44,712 nucleotides of DNA from Escherichia phage vB_Eco_Lzu_P1, in the sequence record PQ295795; one strand, written 5' to 3'. The translations under genes were made by a program, and so were the position numbers. The notes beneath the pieces are model-generated. The model did not search any database and was not told where the DNA came from. It saw only the letters and a program-made list of their open reading frames with translations. Position 1 is the stretch's first letter, and every line of letters begins with the position of its first letter. Of this stretch, positions 33,984 to 43,656 are shown one piece after another.

Positions 33984-34484
33984 TCACCCCCGGAATACGT
34001 CAAAATTACCCGCTGCGTTGCCATCCGAGTCAATCCAGTGGCCCAGCAAGCCATCCCACCACGGGAACGAGACACCGCTACCAATCGTCGCAGGGTCATA
34101 TTCCATCGTGATCGGGCCAACAGTTTCGCGGATAGTCTCCTTACCACTGCCAACAGGAGAAATATCAACCTCGTCCGCCACCAACATCGCCAACCGGTAA
34201 ACGGCTTGCTCAACGGCAACGGGGATTGATGCGAAGTCTACGATTTGCCCCGCTTGAACTACTGCCAAATCTTCAGTAAGCGTGTTTTGCACCGGCTTAC
34301 CGTCTGACGGGTAATTGATGCGGGGCCATGCGTCGATGCCTGTCGGGTCCGCTGGTTCTCCGATCCAGTTGATGCCGTTAAGGAAGTCATTAACGACGGT
34401 AAGGTGGCGCGTTGCGTCGATCAGCGTGACTTCAACGCCTCGCGCGGCGGCATAATCAATAAAGGTTTGTTGGTCGCCATACAT
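33984..34484 (-). CDS. Head completion / connector protein (by position)
   Basis: ATG at 34484 with AGGAG RBS; directly downstream of major capsid gene. Confidence 0.4.
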   Translation of the reverse strand: MYGDQQTFIDYAAARGVEVTLIDATRHLTVVNDFLNGINWIGEPADPTGIDAWPRINYPSDGKPVQNTLTEDLAVVQAGQIVDFASIPVAVEQAVYRLAMLVADEVDISPVGSGKETIRETVGPITMEYDPATIGSGVSFPWWDGLLGHWIDSDGNAAGNFDVFRG

Positions 34485-34542
34485 TTCATTCACTCCTATA
34501 AAAAAGGCGGGCATAAGCCCGCCCCTTTTGGATGTGCGCCTG

Positions 34543-35643
34543 TTAGGACGCTGTGGTCGCAGTCAGCGTAACCAGTACGCCCGCCGTTTCCTTGATGTTA
34601 CGGGTAGGCACTGCCTGTGCGGCCTGGGTCTTACGACGGCCTTTAGTATCGCCATCACCAACAGCGCCAACGTCCTGCACGGTTGCCGGTGCGTTGTCTA
34701 CCTGGCCCTGGTCCAGTTCCCAGTTAGCGGAAGTGGTGATGTCGTCCAGTTTGAACGAGCGAACGCCTTCGATCGGAGTACGAGCGGACGCCTTCAGACG
34801 ATATCCCTTAACAGCCACGTTGAAGTCGAACTCGCCCTGCCACCAGCGCTCAATGTTCTCGTTACCGCCTTTTTCTTGCGCCAGCATATCAAGGCCGTTG
34901 GTGGTAACTGCAACCGCGCCAGGGACCAGGCCCAGCATTTTACCAGCACCCATTGCATCGGCAGCGGCATCGGAGATAATGAAACGGCGGCCCAGGCCAT
35001 CGCCCATTACCTGCAGATCGCCGATCGCGAATACCTGCTCGGCAGATGGAAGCGCCTGGTAAGCAATGAAGTTTGCCCAGGTAACGCCGTCCATAAACCA
35101 GGATTTAATCAAAGACGCCTGATCGCCGAACTTAGAAGCCGCCAGCGGGAAGTCTGCCAGGGTTGGGAAGGTACGACCGCCAACGCCGTCAACGCGCGCT
35201 GGTTGGGTGTAGTTTGCCGCTGCGTTGCTTTCGATAGCGGCTTTGCCAGCACCGATACCCGCTTTGAGGTAATGCAGCATAATCGCTTGAGTAGCCTGTG
35301 CCGCAATCTCCGCCGCAACGCTGTTAACGTTGGTTTCGATCTTAGCCATCATGGCCTTAGTGATTGCTACCGGACCCACTTTCGCGGAAAGGTTAACCGA
35401 GTTGGTCAGCATACGCGCCAGCACTTTTGCGGTCGCTGGAGTACCGACAGGGGCGTAGGCGTTACGGTCGGTAACGAGGTTGGCGATCAAGCCTACGGAC
35501 ATTTTTTCTACAACGTCCTTCAGCACTTCACCCGTGCCGAGAACAACAGCGCCGTTAGCGGCAGCGTTGAACACGTTCAGGTTATCGGGAATCATTTGCG
35601 TAACCGCGGTGACGAGTTTACGCTGGAACACTGTTAAAGACAT
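34543..35643 (-). CDS. Major capsid protein
   Basis: 366 aa, downstream of scaffold and upstream of connector genes; the overlapping plus-strand 369-aa ORF is its mirror-frame shadow. Confidence 0.7.
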   Translation of the reverse strand: MSLTVFQRKLVTAVTQMIPDNLNVFNAAANGAVVLGTGEVLKDVVEKMSVGLIANLVTDRNAYAPVGTPATAKVLARMLTNSVNLSAKVGPVAITKAMMAKIETNVNSVAAEIAAQATQAIMLHYLKAGIGAGKAAIESNAAANYTQPARVDGVGGRTFPTLADFPLAASKFGDQASLIKSWFMDGVTWANFIAYQALPSAEQVFAIGDLQVMGDGLGRRFIISDAAADAMGAGKMLGLVPGAVAVTTNGLDMLAQEKGGNENIERWWQGEFDFNVAVKGYRLKASARTPIEGVRSFKLDDITTSANWELDQGQVDNAPATVQDVGAVGDGDTKGRRKTQAAQAVPTRNIKETAGVLVTLTATTAS

Positions 35644-35740
35644 ATCGAAATCCTTTGAGTTGTGAGCATTCGCTCAGTGTCGTTAATGTTACCTTAGATT
35701 TACGCGCTCGCAAAATCGCCCGCTTTCGCGGGCGATCTGC

Positions 35741-36445
35741 TTACTCGTCGTCGCCCATTTTAGCGATGATATCCCCTGCCTGTTTCGTCAAGTCAGTGAT
35801 ACCGAAGCTATGGCCCATAGTGATTTTTGACTTCACATCTTCGACAACCTGCGTCGGTTTGCTAGGAGCGCCGCCTGCTGGCGTGCCAGCCAGGACGGAT
35901 GCGAAATCGGCGTTATTACGGAACTCTTTTTCAAGCTCTTCCATAGTCAGCGCGGACGGTTTGCCATCCTGCAAGACACGCACTTTTAAGCTGCCGTCTT
36001 CGCCGTCTTCCAGCGTGAGGCGGTCCATAACGTGGCGTTGCATGATTCCGGCATTCTTACCGAACAGCTTCGACGCCAGATCTTTGGCAGCGCTGCCGAT
36101 GGTTAGGTCGTGGATCTGCTTGCGGTAGGCTTCGATTTTCCCCGATGTGTCTGCTTCGTGTTTCGCAAACTTATCTTTCCAGGACTTGTCGATCGCTTCG
36201 AGGTCGCCGTTTTTGCGCGCGGCGGCTTCCTCTTTCTCTTTCGCAAGGCGCTCAGCTTCGGCGCGACGTTCGGCTTCTGCTTTCTTCTCGCTAACCAGCT
36301 TCGCGTTGTTGTCTTTCAGACCCTTGATCTCCGCCTGTACTTCTTCGGCGGTCATGAACGTTGATTTGTACCCGTCACCATCGGCGACAAAAAGCGCCTT
36401 CATACCTTCCAGCAACGCGTCATATTCTGCTTTAGTAAGTTTCAT
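35741..36445 (-). CDS. Scaffolding protein
   Basis: 234 aa, charged coiled-coil-like (AEAERRAEAERLAKEKEEAAARK), immediately upstream of major capsid; ATG 36445 with CAGGGGGA RBS. Confidence 0.6.
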   Translation of the reverse strand: MKLTKAEYDALLEGMKALFVADGDGYKSTFMTAEEVQAEIKGLKDNNAKLVSEKKAEAERRAEAERLAKEKEEAAARKNGDLEAIDKSWKDKFAKHEADTSGKIEAYRKQIHDLTIGSAAKDLASKLFGKNAGIMQRHVMDRLTLEDGEDGSLKVRVLQDGKPSALTMEELEKEFRNNADFASVLAGTPAGGAPSKPTQVVEDVKSKITMGHSFGITDLTKQAGDIIAKMGDDE

Positions 36446-36499
36446 GCTATCCCCCTGGGATTGTGGCAAAGCGGGCCACCCGCTTGACTTCACGCCTTA

Positions 36500-36527
36500 A
36501 TATTATCAGCGATAAAAATAATCGCAA
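36500..36527 (-). promoter_or_regulatory. Sigma70-like promoter for scaffold/capsid genes
   Basis: Minus strand TTGCGA - 16 nt - TAATAT. Confidence 0.4.
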
Positions 36528-36534
36528 AATTCGC

Positions 36535-36563
36535 TTGCATTGCAGACGTTGGTCGCATTATAT
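36535..36563 (+). promoter_or_regulatory. Sigma70-like promoter for the plus-strand 254-aa gene
   Basis: TTGCAT - 17 nt - TTATAT followed by TATATTGGTTGCACACCAA, the same 19-mer as upstream of the 2626 gene. Confidence 0.5.
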
Positions 36564-36593
36564 TGGTTGCACACCAACAACGAGGACACAAAA

Positions 36594-37358
36594 ATGAGAC
36601 TGACAAAAGGCATTAAAAATCAGATCCTAGCTAACATCCTTCGCGACCACGAAATCGCAACCGAAGCCAAACAAATCATGATGGACTCTCGCGACCTGGC
36701 GTACGCGATCACGCTGGACTGTATGCCGGACGGCATTCGCACGTTCGCAGCGCTCCGCGAGCATATCAAGGCAATCCGCGATGACCAGTCGCAGATGTAC
36801 GGCGTCAGCGTATACACCAACAAGGCGACGTATAGTTATAACACCGACCGCCCGAAGGGTATCGGCCGCGTTTACGACGCCACCTTTGAAATCAACGCAG
36901 GCGGCAATGTTCGCACCTTGTCCTTGAGCGGTGACGGTCGCCAATACCGCGTACATCGCGGATACTGGGAAGAGAAATATATGAATAAGCTCTCGCCTGA
37001 TCTCGGCGATATCGTTCCGGGGTTCGAGACAGTTATGCTCGCGTCAGTGTGCGAAGTGGACGAGGAAGGGAAAGCGCTGCCGATATATCTCCCACGCGGT
37101 CGCGTAGACTACCCGGCGGACCATGACTTCTGTAAGCGCCTGGACCGCAACGACAAGGCACGTCGCGAGTTGCGTGCGAAGTATGACGCGTTCAAACTCA
37201 CCGTTACCGGTGTGCTGGACCTGCACAATACTGACAAGAAGCTGATTAAGGCATGGCCTGAAGTTGAGCAATTCATACCATACCAGGACAAGCCAAAATC
37301 CACGGCGGTGGCGCTGGATGTGAAAACTCTCAACGAGATTTGCGGTATTCCGCGCTAA
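36594..37358 (+). CDS. Hypothetical 254-aa protein in an autonomous promoter-gene-terminator cassette inside the head gene block
   Basis: ATG at 36594 with GAGGA RBS; own promoter and terminator; opposite orientation to flanking structural genes. Confidence 0.6.
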   Translation: MRLTKGIKNQILANILRDHEIATEAKQIMMDSRDLAYAITLDCMPDGIRTFAALREHIKAIRDDQSQMYGVSVYTNKATYSYNTDRPKGIGRVYDATFEINAGGNVRTLSLSGDGRQYRVHRGYWEEKYMNKLSPDLGDIVPGFETVMLASVCEVDEEGKALPIYLPRGRVDYPADHDFCKRLDRNDKARRELRAKYDAFKLTVTGVLDLHNTDKKLIKAWPEVEQFIPYQDKPKSTAVALDVKTLNEICGIPR

Positions 37359-37360
37359 TG

Positions 37361-37392
37361 AAAAGGGGCCATTACGGCCCCTTAATTATTTG
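37361..37392. terminator. Bidirectional intrinsic terminator
   Basis: AAAA-GGGGCC-attac-GGCCCC-TTAATTATTT; overlaps the last codons of the o-spanin gene. Confidence 0.6.
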
Positions 37393-37602
37393 CTGCAACT
37401 CCAACACCTGCGCCCTTAGCTTCGCGCCGCATTCCATATTTTTCACGTCAATCATCAAATCTTCGTCGGGGTCCGCAGACGGGTTATCGAACTTGCACGG
37501 CGGTCGCAGTGCCGACTCCGTTAGCGGCATCAACGGCACGCTGCTTGATCCGCACGCGCTCAGCGTCAAAACTACAATCAGGGCGGTTAGGGCGCGTAAC
37601 AT
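37372..37602 (-). CDS. Outer-membrane spanin component (lipoprotein, Rz1-like)
   Basis: MLRALTALIVVLTLSA-C lipobox, proline-rich mature part; AAGAGG RBS; overlaps the i-spanin gene in another frame. Confidence 0.55.
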   Translation of the reverse strand: MLRALTALIVVLTLSACGSSSVPLMPLTESALRPPCKFDNPSADPDEDLMIDVKNMECGAKLRAQVLELQQIIKGP

Positions 37603-37813
37603 ATTTAACAACCTCTTTTGTGATAGTCCGGTATTCCACGTCGCGGGCTTGTTCTGCCTGCACGGAGCGCTCAATTACTTTAGTTTGCTGCCGTTGGGCT
37701 TCGGCTTGCGCTTCTTGCGCCGCCTCAGCCACTACGCCAGCGCGATAGGAGTCCCCAAGCCAGAATCCTACCGCCAGACCTATAACCAGTCCAATAGCCG
37801 CATACTTAATCAC
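37484..37813 (-). CDS. Inner-membrane spanin component (Rz-like); start codon uncertain (GTG 37813 or TTG 37843)
   Basis: N-terminal TM helix IKYAAIGLVIGLAVGFWLG followed by Ala/Gln/Glu-rich coiled coil; o-spanin gene begins inside it in a different frame. Confidence 0.5.
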   Translation of the reverse strand: MIKYAAIGLVIGLAVGFWLGDSYRAGVVAEAAQEAQAEAQRQQTKVIERSVQAEQARDVEYRTITKEVVKYVTRPNRPDCSFDAERVRIKQRAVDAANGVGTATAVQVR

Positions 37814-38909
37814 GCCATAACCCCCGGTTTTTAAGCTGCGCAATAGTCATTAGTTCGCCTGAATCGGTGAACATCTTCGGAACTTTCACGCCGCGCATAA
37901 TCTGGTCGGCGCGTTGCACTCCGTATAATTCTTCCAGGATATGGCGCGGCTGGCGCTGCACCCATGAGAAGAAATCAGTCTGCGCGTCGACCTGCTCACT
38001 CAGCAATCGGCCCGCGTCAGCCTTCAGTGCCGGACGCTTACCACTGGGCCAATCTTCCATACCTTTAACCTTCCACGTCTCCGTCGACCGGCAACAATAA
38101 TGCAGCTTGCCCGGACCAGCGCCATATTGTGACCCAGCCACCACTTTCCCGCCGCGCTTTCCTTTGGTGTCGGGAGTAACATCAACCGGATAAAACAGGC
38201 GATCGCGTAGCTGGCACATGGGAGAAGTATGAGTGTCCAATGTAGATAACCATTGGCGACCTTCGAGAATATCGTCATTAGCTTTTACCATTAATTCGCG
38301 GGCTGTCGCCGCATAGTGGTTGACTGCCGACTTAACAACGCTTGAGATAGCTTGCGCACTACGACCGCCGAGCGAGCGCCTCACGTCCGCTATAATTTCC
38401 ATAGTCGGCTTGCCCTGGATGAATCCGGCGCGCACCTGATTGCCGATCTGCGTTCTGGTCCATTCTGAAAGTGAATCGGGCCATTGCATCAGGGTATTGC
38501 CCTGAAACGGGTTTTTCATTGCCGTCGCTGCGATCTGCGCACCGGTCACTACGCCAACCACCTCGACCGCAGGTACAGCGACCACCGGCTGGATCGCTGC
38601 CGTTAATGTGTCGGTGAGATAATCAGCCTCCGTGTCGGCAAACTCCTGAAGGCTTTCAGCTAACGCCTTAAACTCGGTGCGCAGTTCCGTTTTGACGGTC
38701 TTGTCCAGTTGCGTCAACAGTGTGGTAAGTGCCTTGTTACTCATGGTCTTTTTGCCATCAAGTAACTCGGTCAGCTTACCCTGTAACGTGGGCCGGAACT
38801 TCTCCCACATAGCCAACACCCTTCGCGCCTGGTCATTACTCAGGCGCTGGGTGAAGATGTGTCGGCGGATCATTCGATCCGCCATATATTGATTAATTGT
38901 CTTCGCCAT
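37806..38909 (-). CDS. Head morphogenesis protein (Mu F / SPP1 gp7-like minor head protein)
   Basis: 367 aa directly downstream of portal; central QWLSTLDTHTSPMCQLRDRLFYPVD segment typical of this family. Confidence 0.7.
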   Translation of the reverse strand: MAKTINQYMADRMIRRHIFTQRLSNDQARRVLAMWEKFRPTLQGKLTELLDGKKTMSNKALTTLLTQLDKTVKTELRTEFKALAESLQEFADTEADYLTDTLTAAIQPVVAVPAVEVVGVVTGAQIAATAMKNPFQGNTLMQWPDSLSEWTRTQIGNQVRAGFIQGKPTMEIIADVRRSLGGRSAQAISSVVKSAVNHYAATARELMVKANDDILEGRQWLSTLDTHTSPMCQLRDRLFYPVDVTPDTKGKRGGKVVAGSQYGAGPGKLHYCCRSTETWKVKGMEDWPSGKRPALKADAGRLLSEQVDAQTDFFSWVQRQPRHILEELYGVQRADQIMRGVKVPKMFTDSGELMTIAQLKNRGLWRD

Positions 38910-40413
38910 TGTCCGCTACCTTGTCCGGGTCTTCTTCGGTAGATTCTACCGCATCAGGGGACATTTGAGGCAATGGATTCTGATTTCGCAGTTCGTCTTC
39001 CACCTGCTCGACGGTTTGCGAGTCATCAATGACGCCCTGGGCCATCATCCACTTGATAAAGTCCGCCAGCCGGACCGTACCGGTCTGCACACCCGCCATC
39101 ATTGCGGTCATAAGCTGTGCGTCAACCGTGATTTCGGTGTAGAACTTATTCAGCGTTACGCGTTGATCTGCGGTGTCGCCCGTGAACAGCTTGACGATTT
39201 GCAGCGCACGGTTGAAAGCCTTCTCGACGTTACCGGCAATCAGTGACAGGATACTGTTATCAGTCTGCGCATCGTAGGCCGCTTCGGTTGCCGTCTTAGG
39301 TGCGGTCCCCTTCTCGACCAGGGCCGCGCCAAGTTTAGCCATTTGCAGCTCTCGGCGTTCACACAGTGCGACCGATAGGTTTCGTTCTTCGGCCTGAAGC
39401 AGTTTGGCGTCCATGTTCTGACCCAGGATAACGCCCTTAGTTGCCCCGAGCGCGATGCCCCCTTTCAGGTTCTTGTCCGCCCATGACTGGGTCAGGCCGG
39501 TCGCAACCAGGGTAGGTTGGCCCACGATGTGCGCAATCTCGGCGACGTCCGCTTCGGCGTTGTAGTGCTTAATGTTGATGGACGCAATATCCGCCAGCGG
39601 CGCGGCGTCCGGCGTCGCGTTGTTGTCCACAGCACCACACCAGCAAAATGGCAGTTGAGTAAGCGCGTTACCGGCGGCATCCACCAGCGGCACAAGGTCT
39701 GTGCGGGTGAAGCCCCGCGGCAAGTCCATTTGCACTTCGGACGTGTCCGCGTTGTAAAACCAGCGGCGACCATGTGCCACACCGTTAACCATGCGAAGCT
39801 CAGTCCAGATCGTTACTTCGTGGTTTGCGAAGTCGTCCGGGTCTTCGGTGCTGATTTCGTCCGTTTCCTTCAGCACGATTAGCGTGTCGACCCCGTGGGT
39901 CTGCCGCCAGTTAATGATCTGTTCAGCCGTATACAGGCGGATAAGCGGGCGGTGTGCCGCCATTTCAGCGGCTGTCTGCGGCACTACGTTACCCAGTTCA
40001 TCAAAGTTAGCCTGGCGGTCGTAGTCCACCATAAAGCCAGCGCGGCCCGATTGCAGCACTTCCGACATAGCGCCGCGCAGGAGTTGCGCCAGCGGCATCC
40101 CGCTGCCGTCTACGTCATCAATCAGGTCAGCCATTGCCCCGGAAAGGTCCATACTCACCGGTTTGGCGAAGGCGACGCCTAACAGCGCGTTAAGGGTTCG
40201 GGCGGTGGCATTCAGGAAGACAGCACGTTGCTTATATGCCTTATAGCGCGCACGCGATTTCGGGTCTGTGGTGTCGCCGCTGGCTGGGTGTGGCAGGTAC
40301 AATGGTCCGCACGCCTTTACGGCGCGCTCCCCTGCGACGCAGTCACGGATCATTTTCCACTCTGGCGCGATGCGCGCATATAGCGGGTGTTGGTTGTCAA
40401 CGTTAACGGTCAT
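38893..40413 (-). CDS. Portal protein
   Basis: 506 aa between large terminase and head morphogenesis genes; acidic C-terminus. Confidence 0.7.
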   Translation of the reverse strand: MTVNVDNQHPLYARIAPEWKMIRDCVAGERAVKACGPLYLPHPASGDTTDPKSRARYKAYKQRAVFLNATARTLNALLGVAFAKPVSMDLSGAMADLIDDVDGSGMPLAQLLRGAMSEVLQSGRAGFMVDYDRQANFDELGNVVPQTAAEMAAHRPLIRLYTAEQIINWRQTHGVDTLIVLKETDEISTEDPDDFANHEVTIWTELRMVNGVAHGRRWFYNADTSEVQMDLPRGFTRTDLVPLVDAAGNALTQLPFCWCGAVDNNATPDAAPLADIASINIKHYNAEADVAEIAHIVGQPTLVATGLTQSWADKNLKGGIALGATKGVILGQNMDAKLLQAEERNLSVALCERRELQMAKLGAALVEKGTAPKTATEAAYDAQTDNSILSLIAGNVEKAFNRALQIVKLFTGDTADQRVTLNKFYTEITVDAQLMTAMMAGVQTGTVRLADFIKWMMAQGVIDDSQTVEQVEDELRNQNPLPQMSPDAVESTEEDPDKVADNGEDN

Positions 40414-40424
40414 GGTCGGTTTCC

Positions 40425-41810
40425 TTAGTAGAAGTCTACGGTTGGAACAACGGCGATCGGTCGAATCACAGGGAACAAGTGCGCAATAGGGTAGCCCGCC
40501 GCGTCATTCATGTGGTCCACACCGGCTGTTTTATCCGGTTCGCCTTTCTTCAGGTCGTACACCTGCTGTTCCAGACATTTCGCTAGTGTAGGGCATTTAT
40601 CCAGGTTGACAAAATACTGGCGCACGCCCTTCGAGTTGCACATCATCGTATTCATCGCGATAAGTCTGTCTTTCACTGGCGGGTTAACGCTGTCATATTC
40701 CACATCGAAGCCCGCGTCTTCCAGTTGCGCGATATCGGACGACGACGCGTTGACCGTCTTGCGGGATTTGCCACTGCTATCCGGGTAAACGACGACCCTA
40801 CCGGCGGCACAATGATCGGGGTAGCGCTCCTCGATCGCCTCAATCATCGCCGGGGTGTCGAACAGGTCCACGAATTCGTCCACCGCGTGGATCTCGTCGC
40901 GGAACTCCTTGTTCTCGGTGACTCGCTGCCGCCTGACGTACACAACCGCCGCCATCTTAGTGACGTTAAAGTCCATACCGATAATCAGCGTGTCTTCCGG
41001 CTGCACTTCTTCGGTGCTGGCGTTCTCCTCGCGGTTGAACATCTTGTACACCGCGCCCGACGTAAGGTTAACAAACAGGCCGTTCAGGTACGCGTCGATC
41101 AGGTTAGCTGGGTATTGACTACGCAGCGTGTCGATAAAGTCTGCCGGTAAATGGTGGTTGTCCGTGGTCTTCGCCCGGATCAAGCGTTTTTGGTTATCCT
41201 TCTCCACCTCGAAAATTTGGTACATCGCCCGGTAGCCTTCAGGCGTTGACACGATGACGAACTGGCGGACGAAGCCCGCACGCAGACGACCGAGCAATTT
41301 GTGATATGCCGCCAGCGCGACGTCTTGCTTCGTAGTGTCGAATTCATCTGCAACAATCCACGCGGCGTTGACCCCGATCAGGCGGGTATAGTTCTCCATT
41401 GATTCACAGATAACGCGTGTCCATTTCCCTTTCACCAGCACGTTATAGATCTTGTCCTGCTTATTGAACTTCCACCGGAAGCCCGCCTCGTCAAACGCCT
41501 TTTCCAATTCCGGGTACATGATTTTGACCAGGAGGGGAATAGTCGGTTCTGTAACGATACCGTCATGACCGGGGTTCAGGGTTAAAAGCTGGATGACCTT
41601 ACGCGCAGCGACCCACGACTTTCCACCACCGAAGCCGGAACACAGGCCGAGGATTTTAGTCTTCGTGTCGCGCAGTAGTTCAACCTGGTGCGGCAAGCAA
41701 TCAGGCTGGTAAAGGCGGACGGCCTGCGCAACGCGTGTTGGGCGTGGCGGTCGGTTGCGCTTTGCGATCGCGCGTTCCAGTGCGCGGTGTTCTGCCGCAT
41801 AGTTACGCAT
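40425..41810 (-). CDS. terL: Terminase large subunit
   Basis: Walker A GFGGGKS, Walker B IVADEFD, C-terminal nuclease-type acidic residues; 461 aa. Confidence 0.85.
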   Translation of the reverse strand: MRNYAAEHRALERAIAKRNRPPRPTRVAQAVRLYQPDCLPHQVELLRDTKTKILGLCSGFGGGKSWVAARKVIQLLTLNPGHDGIVTEPTIPLLVKIMYPELEKAFDEAGFRWKFNKQDKIYNVLVKGKWTRVICESMENYTRLIGVNAAWIVADEFDTTKQDVALAAYHKLLGRLRAGFVRQFVIVSTPEGYRAMYQIFEVEKDNQKRLIRAKTTDNHHLPADFIDTLRSQYPANLIDAYLNGLFVNLTSGAVYKMFNREENASTEEVQPEDTLIIGMDFNVTKMAAVVYVRRQRVTENKEFRDEIHAVDEFVDLFDTPAMIEAIEERYPDHCAAGRVVVYPDSSGKSRKTVNASSSDIAQLEDAGFDVEYDSVNPPVKDRLIAMNTMMCNSKGVRQYFVNLDKCPTLAKCLEQQVYDLKKGEPDKTAGVDHMNDAAGYPIAHLFPVIRPIAVVPTVDFY

Positions 41811-42361
41811 TATTCACCCTGGCCTTTGCCGGAAGGTTCGACAACGACGTCGCCGTTATCATCTTCGTCGTCATCCAGAGGCACATCGTCGCGGACGCCG
41901 TGGTTTGCTTTAAGCAGGAATGTTGCGAAGCCCGCCGCGATGGTCACGCCGCCAGCTTCCATCAGGAAGGTTTTTTGTAACTCCATAGCGTCAGCCATCG
42001 CCTCAGCGAACTCCTCATGCGCACGCGCCCAGCGATACAGGCAAGCTACGCCCACGCCGATTTCCGCGGCAAATCGACCGAAGGTTGGCATTTTGTTGCG
42101 GGGGATTACTTGCGCCGCGCCTTTATCGGAGTAGTTTACCTGCCAGGCGTCGGCGTCGGCAAAATAGCGGCGAAGCTGGTCGCAGTAAACTGTGCGGTAG
42201 TCGGTCGGGCGCCCACATTTGCCGCCTTTACGGCGTTTGCCGTACTCGATTTCCGGTCCGAGATTGGTATGTTCTGTTTGCTCGCCTGGTTTACGGCGCG
42301 GGGTTACTGCCACTCGTCCGTCCAGTTTGGCGCGTCGGCCCTTAACTTTGATTTCTGCCAT
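41810..42361 (-). CDS. Terminase small subunit (putative)
   Basis: 183-aa basic N-terminus and acidic C-terminus, immediately upstream of terL with overlapping stop/start; ATG 42361 with AAAGGG RBS. Confidence 0.5.
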   Translation of the reverse strand: MAEIKVKGRRAKLDGRVAVTPRRKPGEQTEHTNLGPEIEYGKRRKGGKCGRPTDYRTVYCDQLRRYFADADAWQVNYSDKGAAQVIPRNKMPTFGRFAAEIGVGVACLYRWARAHEEFAEAMADAMELQKTFLMEAGGVTIAAGFATFLLKANHGVRDDVPLDDDEDDNGDVVVEPSGKGQGE

Positions 42362-42491
42362 GATATAAGCCCTTTTGTTCATATGCGCCGACCATCGGCA
42401 ACATAGGAGACGGCCCTGCCATCTAACGGGGATTATAACAGGCACAAAAAAGCCCACCAAATCGGCAGGCTGGGAGGGGTACGGGTTGCCG

Positions 42492-43634
42492 TTACTTCAA
42501 CATTTCCGGGCTAATGGTTAAGCGCGCTACTTCGCCGTAGTTGGCGCTGTAGGTAATGACGTTGGCGCTGCGACCTGACATCCAACCGCCACGACTGGCG
42601 TAGGCGTCTTTCGCTGCGAGCGTCCTGTGCTGTTCAACAATCATGTTGCGGGATTCAACAATCTTCTGGTGGTGCAAATGGCCTACGTGCGCGTAGCTGT
42701 ATTCGCTCGCCCCGAACGCCTGTCTGAATTTAGCGATCATAACCTGCTCGATAACATCGAATCGCGCTTTGTGCCCGTGGTGGAAGAATAGCGTGGTCTT
42801 TCCGTGCTGCACCATTTTGTAAACGTCCGGGGACGTATCCACATCGACGCGCGGCTCGTTCTCGTACAGAGTATTGAACATCTCAGCCAGCCAGATCATA
42901 CCCGACTCATCATGATTCCCCTGGACGATTAGCAGTTTGACTTTGTGGTGTTTTTGCAGCGCCAGGTCTACCACGTTGCGCACCATGCGGATCATATAGC
43001 GGACCAACTTCTGGTATCTGGTGTCGGCGTCCAGTACGTGACCGCTGGCGGGAGTGACGGCGTCGAGGCTATCAAAGTGCGCCATATCGCCGAGGATATT
43101 GATCACGGCAGTGCCTGCGTCTGGTGCGCGTGCGAAGGCTTCGACAAACCAGCGGTAGAACAGGTCTTCGGCGATCGCCATATCCCAGTCTTCGCCAGTC
43201 TCCTCGCCCCACGCCAACATGCCCAGGTGGAAGTCGGACACGGTGTACAGGTTGAGCAAGTCGAGCGCCTGGGTATACTGGCATGGGGCGTTTACTGGCG
43301 CTGCCGGTGTGATTTCGCTGTTCATACCCTCGACAACAGCGCGCATGGCTTCGAGTTGGCGCTCCTTATCCTGCTCAGTGATGACCCACGACATGACCTC
43401 TTCGCCATTGCCGCGCACCAGGGCCGATACGCGCTTAACGCCGAAGCCATCGGCAACGCGCTTGCGGATTACGGCATCGTTGCCGTGCCCAATTCCTTTT
43501 TTCGATAGGCGGGCTTTCCGCATATAGACATTGCGCAGGGCAATCCCGTATTTCTTCGCAATCTCTTTAACCGTAGTCCCTGCCTGAATTTCTGCGATCA
43601 ATTGCTCATCGGTAATTTTAGTTTGCGGGTGCAT
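42492..43634 (-). CDS. Calcineurin-like metallophosphoesterase with N-terminal helix-turn-helix domain
   Basis: HTH TVKEIAKKYGIALRNVYMRKARL; phosphoesterase motifs DFHLG, GDMAH, GNHDE, GHLHH. Confidence 0.6.
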   Translation of the reverse strand: MHPQTKITDEQLIAEIQAGTTVKEIAKKYGIALRNVYMRKARLSKKGIGHGNDAVIRKRVADGFGVKRVSALVRGNGEEVMSWVITEQDKERQLEAMRAVVEGMNSEITPAAPVNAPCQYTQALDLLNLYTVSDFHLGMLAWGEETGEDWDMAIAEDLFYRWFVEAFARAPDAGTAVINILGDMAHFDSLDAVTPASGHVLDADTRYQKLVRYMIRMVRNVVDLALQKHHKVKLLIVQGNHDESGMIWLAEMFNTLYENEPRVDVDTSPDVYKMVQHGKTTLFFHHGHKARFDVIEQVMIAKFRQAFGASEYSYAHVGHLHHQKIVESRNMIVEQHRTLAAKDAYASRGGWMSGRSANVITYSANYGEVARLTISPEMLK

Positions 43635-43656
43635 ATTTAATTAATTCCTGATTAGT

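Noticed and set aside
33866-34219. 117-aa minus-strand ORF
   Set aside because: Overlaps the RBS-supported 33984..34484 connector gene in another frame; W/R-rich implausible sequence.
34528-35637. 369-aa plus-strand ORF
   Set aside because: Exactly overlaps the major capsid gene on the opposite strand in a module where every neighbour is minus-strand; low-complexity R/G/V-rich translation; no RBS. Mirror-frame artefact.
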